Shown one piece after another: positions 29,701-36,130 of a stretch of DNA of 64,000 nucleotides; position 1 is the first letter of the stretch, and every line of letters begins with the position of its first letter. Source of the stretch: Cyclobacteriaceae bacterium (GTDB lineage Bacteria; Bacteroidota; Bacteroidia; Cytophagales; Cyclobacteriaceae); the NCBI GenBank assembly GCA_965217275.1, contig OZ244400.1, positions 4,931,129-4,995,128 of the forward strand, written 5' to 3'. Made by a program: the position numbers and the translations under genes. The notes under the pieces are model-generated. The model had not been told where the DNA came from and ran no database searches. It saw only the letters and a program-made list of their open reading frames with translations.

Positions 29701-29946
29701 ATTCACCGCCCGGTTGAGCTGGTGCAGGGCCTTGTCGATCAGCCCCTCGTCGTAGCGGGGGCGCAAGAAGTCGCGCAGCAGGGCTACTTCCACGTTGCGG
29801 TTGTTGGCGCGGTCTTCCCAGTGGCCTAGGTAACGGTACCCTAGCTTCTGCTGAAACAGTTGCACCACCCGTTGCTGGGTAGCGCGCTCAAGTTGTCCTA
29901 CTTTCATCGTCTGAATCACGGATTTATGAGGATTAAGGGATGACAC
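26797..29946 (-). CDS. hsdR: type I restriction endonuclease subunit R
   Basis: N-terminal PD-(D/E)XK (PDLVLYVNGIALGVIELKRS). SF2 motifs HTQGSGKSLTM, VDECHRTQ, FTGTP, QAICRVNR. Confidence 0.95.
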   Translation of the reverse strand: MSSLNPHKSVIQTMKVGQLERATQQRVVQLFQQKLGYRYLGHWEDRANNRNVEVALLRDFLRPRYDEGLIDKALHQLNRAVNDTSKTPYYLNQEVYTLLRYGVTVQPEVGQHKQTVGLIDWQEPLNNDFALAEEVTIDGRHKKRPDLVLYVNGIALGVIELKRSTVSINQGIRQNLDNQTHLFIGPFFATMQLVMAGNDSEGLAYGTIETKEKYYLRWKEVSEAANPNDPHLLQLTEPVRQLAAEVTSPLDKQLIQLLNKTRFIELMRDFVVFDRGMKKLARPNQYFGVKAAQEHLRQREGGIVWHTQGSGKSLTMVWLTKWIRQNVPHARVLIITDRTELDEQIERVYNGVNEQVYRTKSGDDLIGKLNDTGPWLLCSLVHKFGAQEEVSARDVDDYLQQLKNNLPADFSPKGDFYILVDECHRTQSGKLHEGMKALLPDALFIGFTGTPLLKKDKKNSLEAFGRFIHTYKYDEAVNDRVVLDLRYEARSVEQVLDEHERADRQFERETQGLTDYAKAELKQRWGTMKKLFSARTRLEKIVRDIMIDMDTKDRLQNGRGNALLVSDSVYNACRYYDLFQSVGFTQCAIVTSYRPTTRDVKGETTGEGATEKLLKYDTYQKMLGGKSPEDFEEEVKRKFVNEPAQMKLLIVVDKLLTGFDAPSATYLYIDKSMKDHGLFQAICRVNRLDGEDKEYGYVIDYKDLFKSLRKSIEDYTSEAFDGYNREDVVGLLANRLTKGRERLDEALETVKALCEPVAPPKGQAEYRHYFAGDPAVPEAVQETEPRRRSLYKVVSQLVRAYADLANDMEDAGYHPATAQRIREEVKHFQQLKEEIMLATGEYVDLKRHEPGMRRLIDLYLEAKKSTTLSNFDDLSLVELIVQKGPDALDELPPSIRENPESMAEVIESNLRKVIVEESPNNPAYYDKMSVLLDELIALRKDQTEAYAQYLEKVVALTERIVRPETTTSYPEALQTPAQRSLYDNLNKNEELSLALDQAVRYTKKDAWRDNKFKTREVRLAVAEILKQHGVEDEGEIDTLFDLIRRQSDY

Positions 29947-29969
29947 AGATTTGCTTTAACAGATGTACT

Positions 29970-30347
29970 TTATAAGACCAGGCGTTTGAGGGTGAGAGAT
30001 TTGCTGCCGAAATTGATGAGCAGCCCTACTTCCAGTTTATAGGCTTTTAGATAATTGAGGGCCTGAGCCAGATGCACGTCTTCCAACTGAATGACTGCCT
30101 TTAGCTCCACCAGTACCTTATTTTCTACCACAAAATCCGCCCGGCGGGTGCCAATCGGTTCGGGTAGCTCTTTATAGTAAATATCCTGCTCAATTTCCCG
30201 GGCAAACTCCAGCCCCGCCTGCCGCATCTCCCACGCCAGGGCGCGCTGGTAAATCACCTCCTGAAACCCATTACCCAGAAACGAATGCACCTGAAACGAA
30301 GCCCCGATAATCTTCTCCGTAATGTCCTTATACTTCAGTTCCGCCAT
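29970..30347 (-). CDS. GxxExxY protein (PD-(D/E)XK-like small protein)
   Basis: 125 aa with GNGFQEVIYQRAL (GxxExxY) and ..ADFVVENKVLVELKAV... Located between hsdS and hsdR. Confidence 0.85.
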   Translation of the reverse strand: MAELKYKDITEKIIGASFQVHSFLGNGFQEVIYQRALAWEMRQAGLEFAREIEQDIYYKELPEPIGTRRADFVVENKVLVELKAVIQLEDVHLAQALNYLKAYKLEVGLLINFGSKSLTLKRLVL

Positions 30348-30375
30348 CCTTTAACGTTGTTAGTGTGACCCCCTT

Positions 30376-30456
30376 CAATCCAACCCAACCTAATCCAATT
30401 CAATCCAACCCAACCTAACCAATCCGTGCCATCCGCTAATCCCCCTCAATCCGTGA
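30376..30456. repeat. degenerate pentanucleotide (AAYCY) run followed by an AATCCGTG-type element
   Basis: CAATC CAACC CAACC TAATC CAATT CAATC CAACC CAACC TAACC AATCC, with TCAATCCAACCCAACCTAA twice (30375-30393 and 30400-30418). Then CAATCCGTGCCATCCGCTAATCC..CAATCCGTGATCC. Confidence 0.85.
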
Positions 30457-31801
30457 TCCCGACAATTAGCCGCCGCTGCCCCGTGAGCAGGCACTGCATC
30501 ATCCCCTCCTTCACCCGCCGCCACTTCGCCAACTGCGCCTCAAGCCGCTCAATTTCAGCATCCATGTCAGAAAGGATTTGGGCTATTTCTTGCTGTCTGG
30601 ATTGCTCAGGAATTGCAACTTCAATTTGCCTTAGCTTACCCGGACTTATCTCTAGAAATGTACTTCCACTAGCATTCTGAATTAATACATTCTTGAGGGT
30701 AGTCATCAGATAGTAAAGAAACTCGTTATCGGTATATTCCTTCGCTATTAAAGATTGAAACCCTTGATTTGTACATCCCTCTTTCATCAAAATACCTAAA
30801 TCGCCTATTCCAGCTCTTGAAGTAAGAAGAACAGTTCCAACAGGGAGTAATTTTGTAGAGGAATTAGAATACCCTTCTTGAGTTATTTTTCTTTTACTCT
30901 CATAAATGTACTTGCTTTCTCCGACCTCTGTAGGAGTGAACCAGTTAATTTCTCCGTTCCAAAACGTAAGATTAAAAGAGCTTGGCGTACCCCCTCCTAC
31001 TATATCAGCCACTTCCCCCAACGTCTTCACCTCCCAATTGTCTGAACCACCGATGGGCACGGATTGCCGGATGGCACGGATTGCTTGCTGAGCCTCACCC
31101 CCCCCATCCGTGTCATCCCCTAATCCATTTAATCCGTGGTTCAGACCAGGAGGAGTCAGCAATTCCTGCATCGCTCCCTGCTTGATGAGGCGTTTCTTGG
31201 CAATCAGTTGTTCCAGGCTCTCGATCAGCGCATCCGCATCCCCCAGGGCCGTCGCAATGGCCGTCTGCTCCGCTTTGGTAGGGGGCAGGGGGATTTGAAG
31301 CTTTCTTAAGTTGCTTGCGTATATATGATATACTGAGCTACCTTGTCCCATGTGGGATTTTTGCTTATTAGCGGCTGATGAATTGAGAAGGTAGCTTAAG
31401 AACGTAGAATCAAATCCGCTTTTGGGCCTTAGTATTATAATATCTCCCCCAGCAACAACATCTTGATCGCCGATATAAGTAAAACATTTACCTATCTCTT
31501 CCGCCGTTTCACCAGAACCTGCAAAGAGGATATCACCCTTCTTTATCTGAAAAGAACTATCAGCTATCATCTTCGGAATAAAAGCAATTATTCTACTTAC
31601 ACTAAAATGATATTTAGTATAGATATCACCATAAAGAACACATGGTACTCCATCTAATCTCAATTCTGATTTAGGTATACTTCTTCCCTTTGCAAACACT
31701 CCTACATTACTGAGGGGTACTGCCTTCCAATCCTCCGGGATCAACCCCACTTCCGTGAGTTGCATCGGGGAAGTAGCTAAGGTATCCGTATCAGTTTCCA
31801 T
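30446..31801 (-). CDS. hsdS: type I restriction-modification specificity subunit S
   Basis: Two AT-richer target-recognition regions separated by conserved helices (..LIAKKRLIKQGAMQELLT.. and ..LAKWRRVKEGMMQCLLTG..). Confidence 0.9.
   Translation of the reverse strand: METDTDTLATSPMQLTEVGLIPEDWKAVPLSNVGVFAKGRSIPKSELRLDGVPCVLYGDIYTKYHFSVSRIIAFIPKMIADSSFQIKKGDILFAGSGETAEEIGKCFTYIGDQDVVAGGDIIILRPKSGFDSTFLSYLLNSSAANKQKSHMGQGSSVYHIYASNLRKLQIPLPPTKAEQTAIATALGDADALIESLEQLIAKKRLIKQGAMQELLTPPGLNHGLNGLGDDTDGGGEAQQAIRAIRQSVPIGGSDNWEVKTLGEVADIVGGGTPSSFNLTFWNGEINWFTPTEVGESKYIYESKRKITQEGYSNSSTKLLPVGTVLLTSRAGIGDLGILMKEGCTNQGFQSLIAKEYTDNEFLYYLMTTLKNVLIQNASGSTFLEISPGKLRQIEVAIPEQSRQQEIAQILSDMDAEIERLEAQLAKWRRVKEGMMQCLLTGQRRLIVGITD
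31044..31152. repeat. imperfect palindromic AATCCGTG-type element lying in frame inside hsdS
   Basis: Encodes PPGLNHGLNGLGDDTDGGGEAQQAIRAIRQSVPIGGSD directly after the central conserved helix. 31061-31083 (minus strand) matches 30420-30442 (plus strand) at 21 of 23 positions. Confidence 0.8.
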
Positions 31802-31846
31802 TCGTAAGTGTCTTTATAAAGTGTATGAAATAAGTCAGAAGCCCGC

Positions 31847-34576
31847 TCACGCATCAATCGCAAATCCCATTTTTTCCAAATGGGCCTGCACCCGGCTTTC
31901 CAAACTAGTCACCTGTTGCGCCAGTTCGGGCAGGGGGGTGGCGTAGCGGTCGGCCAGCGTTTGCAGCCGCCCGGTGAGCCGGTGGCTGATGGCTTCCATC
32001 TCGGTGCGCACGCGCTCCTCCAAGGCGGCCATCCACTTCTTATCCACCACCAGCGTCTTCACCTCCGCCTCGCGCAGGGCGGGGTACTTCGCCACCACCT
32101 TCTTCTCCAACTCGGCGAGGGCCTGCCGGATCTCCGCCTTGGCCTGCGTCTCCTGCTCCAGCAACGCTTGGTAGCGCAGCAGCACGCGCAACTCCCGCAG
32201 TCCGTCGGCCTCGGGTTGCTGCTGCATCAGGGGTTGCAACTGCGCTAGCGTACGGGCCAGGTGGGCCTTGATCTTCTTCTGGTAGGCGGTTACCTGCTTT
32301 AGCGTAGCGAGGTACTGCTCCAGCACCGGCTGCTCGTCGGAGAGCGGTACGGTTGCCAGGCGGCGCTTCACCTCGCCCTGGGTCACGCTGCCTCGGTCAT
32401 TCATCAGGGCCTCCAGGTAGGGAGTCGCCCGCAGCTCGGCTAGCGTTGCCTCGGCCCGGTGGTGCTGCCGTTGCAGGGCCTCGAAGGCCGGGTAGCTGTC
32501 GGGCAGGTACTCGCGCCCCGCCTGGATCGTGTACTCTTCCTGCGCCCGCTGCGCCTCGGCCCGGCTGCTCACCTCGTAGAGGGCCCCTTCTTCGTCGCTG
32601 CCGTGCTCTTCGGCCAGTTCGTCCCGTTCGGCCACCACCGCGTCCAGTTCGGCCTGTAGTTGGTCGATGTGGGCCTGTTCGGGCGCAAAGTAGTGGGCCA
32701 CGACCAGCGGCACCGGAATCAGCAAACCCATGAGTCCTTCCAGGCCGCCCACGTCCTGCTGACCCTTTTTGGTGGCGCGAGATAGACGGATGAGTACGTT
32801 GCCCGCCGCCCAGCCTTCGGCGGCCAGTTCGTAGAGGTCGTCCTGCATGGGGTCGCCCCAGTAGTCCATCAGGTGCTGGTACACGGCGTAGCGATCTACC
32901 AGGGGCCGGTCGGCGTAGGTGGTCAGCAGGTCTTCGGCCAGGGTATGTATCACCGTCTTGGGCAAGCAGCCCGTGCTCAGGGTCTTGAGGTAGGCCGTGT
33001 TGTGGTCTCGCCAGGTAGCAAATACAGCTTCCAGTTGCCCGGCGTAGGCTACAAACTCCGGGTGCGCCAGGATGCGGGCCTTTAGCTCGTCGCGGGGCAC
33101 TTGCAGCCGCCAGTAGTGCGGGCGGGCCGGGGCCAGCAGGTCGTCTTTCAGGCCGGGGTACACCGACCAGTAGGCATCCAGCGCAGCCACGTCGCGCTCG
33201 GGTAGCCCACCCCGCAGGTGGGCCTCAATGTCTTGCGTATCTTCGGCCTCCTGGCTGTCGATGTAGCGCGGCAGGTTGAGGTTAAAGTCGTTCCGGTCGC
33301 TGGCCATCTCAGCAAAGGGCACCAACCGGCTGTAGCCGGGCACTTCCGTTTGCCGGTTAAACACGTCCACCATCCGGTGAATGTCGCGCGCCCGCAGGCG
33401 GTTTTTATTGCCGTCTTTGGTGTAGCCCCGGCTGGCGTCGATCATAAAGATGCTTCGCCGGTCAGTAGCCCCCGCCTTGTCTACCACCAGGATGCAGGCG
33501 GCAATGCCGGTGCCGTAAAACAAATTGGCCGGTAGCCCGATGATCCCCTTCAGGTAGCCCCGCTCCACGATGCCCCGCCGGATCGTAGCTTCGGCATTGC
33601 CCCGAAAGAGGACCCCCAGCGGCAAAATAATGGCCCCCCGCCCGGTGCTCTTGAGCGATTTGAGAAAGTGCAGCAAAAAGGTGTAGTCGCCGTTCTTGGC
33701 CGGGGGGATCCCGTAGCCCTCGAAGCGCCGGAAGATATCGTTCGCCGCATCCAGGCCGTTGCTCCACGACTTGTTGCTAAACGGCGGATTGGCCACCGCG
33801 TAGTCGAAGGCCTTGAGGTGCCCGCTGCGCTCGTCAAAAAACCGCGGGTCGGCCAGGGTGTTGCCCTGCGCAATCTCCGACGAAGGGTTGCCGTGCAGCC
33901 ACATATTCATGACCGCCAGGGCGCGGGTGGCGTTGTCGTTTTCCTGCCCGTAGATGGAGATGCCGTGCGGAGCTTCGTCGGCCGCTTTCAGCAGCAGCGA
34001 GCCCGAGCCGCAGGTAGGGTCGTACAGCGTCTCCGACTGGCTGGCCGAGTGCTCCATGCCGATCACCTGCGCCATGATGCGCGACACCTCGGCGGGGGTG
34101 TAAAACTGCCCCTTGCTCTTGCCGCTTTCGGTGGCGAAGTGGCGCATTAGGTACTCGTACGCATCGCCCAGCAGGTCGTCGTTTTCGGCCCGGTTGCTAC
34201 TGAAGTCCAACTCGGGCCGGTTGAAAATATCAATCAGGTTGCTCAGGCGGTCTATTTTGTCCTTGCCCTTGCCCAGCTTTTCGTCGTCGTTGAAGTCGGC
34301 CACCGTGATGATACCACTTAGTTCGTTGGCTTTGGCCAGGGCTCCGATAATTTTGTTAATCCGGTCGCCGATGTCAGGCTGCCCCCGCAGCTTCACCATA
34401 TCCTTGAAACTGGCCCCTTCGGGAATATCCACCAACTTATCGCCCTTGTCCGATACGTACTTCATGAAGAGCAGCACCAGCACGTAGTCTTTGTACTGGC
34501 TGGCGTCCATGCTACCGCGCAACTCATCGCAACTTTTCCACAACGAGCTGTAAAGCTCTGATTTTTTAATAGCCAT
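31847..34576 (-). CDS. hsdM: type I restriction-modification DNA methyltransferase subunit M, long form with ~440-aa helical C-terminal extension
   Basis: HsdM N-terminal region (LYSSLWKSCDELRG). AdoMet site DPTCGSGSLL. Catalytic VANPPF. C-terminal half rich in coiled-coil-like heptads ending ..RYATPLPELAQQV.. Confidence 0.9.
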   Translation of the reverse strand: MAIKKSELYSSLWKSCDELRGSMDASQYKDYVLVLLFMKYVSDKGDKLVDIPEGASFKDMVKLRGQPDIGDRINKIIGALAKANELSGIITVADFNDDEKLGKGKDKIDRLSNLIDIFNRPELDFSSNRAENDDLLGDAYEYLMRHFATESGKSKGQFYTPAEVSRIMAQVIGMEHSASQSETLYDPTCGSGSLLLKAADEAPHGISIYGQENDNATRALAVMNMWLHGNPSSEIAQGNTLADPRFFDERSGHLKAFDYAVANPPFSNKSWSNGLDAANDIFRRFEGYGIPPAKNGDYTFLLHFLKSLKSTGRGAIILPLGVLFRGNAEATIRRGIVERGYLKGIIGLPANLFYGTGIAACILVVDKAGATDRRSIFMIDASRGYTKDGNKNRLRARDIHRMVDVFNRQTEVPGYSRLVPFAEMASDRNDFNLNLPRYIDSQEAEDTQDIEAHLRGGLPERDVAALDAYWSVYPGLKDDLLAPARPHYWRLQVPRDELKARILAHPEFVAYAGQLEAVFATWRDHNTAYLKTLSTGCLPKTVIHTLAEDLLTTYADRPLVDRYAVYQHLMDYWGDPMQDDLYELAAEGWAAGNVLIRLSRATKKGQQDVGGLEGLMGLLIPVPLVVAHYFAPEQAHIDQLQAELDAVVAERDELAEEHGSDEEGALYEVSSRAEAQRAQEEYTIQAGREYLPDSYPAFEALQRQHHRAEATLAELRATPYLEALMNDRGSVTQGEVKRRLATVPLSDEQPVLEQYLATLKQVTAYQKKIKAHLARTLAQLQPLMQQQPEADGLRELRVLLRYQALLEQETQAKAEIRQALAELEKKVVAKYPALREAEVKTLVVDKKWMAALEERVRTEMEAISHRLTGRLQTLADRYATPLPELAQQVTSLESRVQAHLEKMGFAIDA

Positions 34577-34704
34577 GAGGTAGTACTTTTTTGGTTGAGC
34601 TAGTTACCACTCTTGGTCAACTTTTCAAAGGCAAAACACCGGGAACCGTAATCTAACGCATCCTACAAACCGCTGAATAAGCGTTATCCAACTCACTACG
34701 CCCA

Positions 34705-34790
34705 CGAGCCTCGGAGCAACACTGACTCGAGCCTCGAGTCAACGTTGATGGGAGGCTCGAGTCAACCCGGACTCGAGGCTCGAGTGAAGC
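34705..34790. repeat. cluster of five CTCGAG palindromes including an inverted pair
   Basis: GACTCGAGCCTCGAGTC (34723-34739) and GACTCGAGGCTCGAGTG (34770-34786), with GGCTCGAGTCAAC between them. Located 130-200 nt upstream of the hsdM start. Confidence 0.8.
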
Positions 34791-34813
34791 GCGCAGCCTG
34801 TTGGTTGGGGCAC

Positions 34814-34840
34814 AAAAAAACCCCGAACGTGCGTTCGGGG
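34814..34840 (-). terminator. rho-independent terminator of the HU-like gene
   Basis: Minus strand reads CCCCGAACGCACGTTCGGGG followed by TTTTTTT. Lies 26 nt past the stop at 34866. Confidence 0.8.
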
Positions 34841-34865
34841 TCGGTAACTCGCCGGGGTAATGCGG

Positions 34866-35570
34866 CTACACCACGGCGAGGATGAAGGGAGCGGAACCGG
34901 TGCGCACTTCTTTGCCCTTGTTCACGGCGGTGCGCACCTCCAGGCGGTACGTGCCTTTCTTCAAACTGTCGGGCACCTTGGCGTGCAGCGTCTTGTCCAC
35001 ATTCTCGTGCAAGACTGCGATCTTCACTTCTTCGTTCTTTTGAGTGCTTATCAGGAAAACGCCCTGCGCCGCGGCACTCGTGTCTTCTATCTTCAGGCGT
35101 TGCCCCTTGATCACCAGGGTGTGGCCCGGGGTGAGTTGCTCGTTGGTGGTTAGCGAGCTGCGATCATAGGTTTGCTTGATCACCGGCACCGGCACGTCGT
35201 GCGGAAGCACCGCTACCTTCACGTCGGCCAGGGCTTTCTTCAGGGGGCTGCCTAAACGAAGGTTGAGTTCCACCTGGTGACGGGAGCGATCAAACCGGTC
35301 TTGGTCGTTCACGAACACGCCCGACACGCTGGGCTCCAGGCTAAAGTAGTCGCAGCTGAAGCCGTGGCCCTCGCGCAGGTTGTCGGTGATGGTCTCGAGC
35401 ACACTGTTGATCACCGCGTTGCACTCGGTGGGCTTCAGAATTGAGCCCTTCACCGTGATCTGCTTCACCACGTCCTTCACGGTCATCTGCTGGCGGTTCT
35501 GCACCTGGGCCATGCAGTCATCCGGGTCGTCGGTGGTGAGTTTGTTGTCAACTAATGAGATTTGTAACAT
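34866..35570 (-). CDS. HU-like DNA-binding domain protein with Ig-like C-terminal domain (Bacteroidota HU-HIG/DUF4469-type)
   Basis: Starts MLQISLVDNKLTTDDPDDCMAQV..MTVKDVVKQI.., typical of this family as far as I recall. ATG 35570 preferred over 35612. Confidence 0.55.
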   Translation of the reverse strand: MLQISLVDNKLTTDDPDDCMAQVQNRQQMTVKDVVKQITVKGSILKPTECNAVINSVLETITDNLREGHGFSCDYFSLEPSVSGVFVNDQDRFDRSRHQVELNLRLGSPLKKALADVKVAVLPHDVPVPVIKQTYDRSSLTTNEQLTPGHTLVIKGQRLKIEDTSAAAQGVFLISTQKNEEVKIAVLHENVDKTLHAKVPDSLKKGTYRLEVRTAVNKGKEVRTGSAPFILAVV

Positions 35571-35725
35571 ACTGCTTGCTGTTTGGTGAATACTGGTTTT
35601 ACAAATGAGCAATCCGCAAAAATCAGGGCAGTAGTTGAATGGTTGGTTGGCTGGGAGTGTAAGGTTAGAGCCCTTGGATACTGCGACGCGCTTGGGCTAC
35701 TTTAAATCTTGCAAGAATATTACAA

Positions 35726-36128
35726 TAACCGAACGCATTACAAACGCGCCCGATAGGTAGGATGTCACGGGGAAAGTTTTGGGAGGATAGTAACCGAACG
35801 CGTTACAAACGTGCTTTAGAAAAATTTGCGGGGATTTTTATACGTGGGTAGGGGCATGAAAGATTTGGTGCCTTTGTATCAAAAAGTGACGCGCGTTGCG
35901 TAGGGTTCAGAGAACCCTGGTAAGCCAGTCACAGTGCCGGAGGCACTGCGCCAGACGGATGGATAAAGTAGGCGAAGGCGTTATAAACGCGCCCGGTATA
36001 CGGGGCATCGAAGGCGAGAACGTTATGCTACTTATTTCATCATTCGGTGTTTCTTATTCAATATTCAATATTTCCCTATGCTGTGTTTGGATCGCGCTGC
36101 AAACGTGCCCCCTGAGGGCGCATTTGAG
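35726..36128. repeat. dispersed copies of a CGTT(A/G)(C/T)AAACG(C/T)G-type motif in a 560-bp non-coding region
   Basis: TAACCGAACGCATTACAAACGCGCCC (35726-), TAACCGAACGCGTTACAAACGTGC (35791-), GGCGAAGGCGTTATAAACGCGCCC (35971-), GCGCTGCAAACGTGCCC (about 36093-). Confidence 0.7.
35930..35956. repeat. exact inverted copy of the 27-nt element at 21954..21980
   Basis: CACAGTGCCGGAGGCACTGCGCCAGAC is the reverse complement of GTCTGGCGCAGTGCCTCCGGCACTGTG. Confidence 0.9.
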
Positions 36129-36130
36129 AC

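Noticed and set aside
32353..32733. Pro/Arg/Gly-rich 126-aa plus-strand ORF inside hsdM
   Set aside because: It lies antisense to the coiled-coil extension of hsdM. Its extreme P/R/G bias is produced by reading GC-rich codons in reverse.
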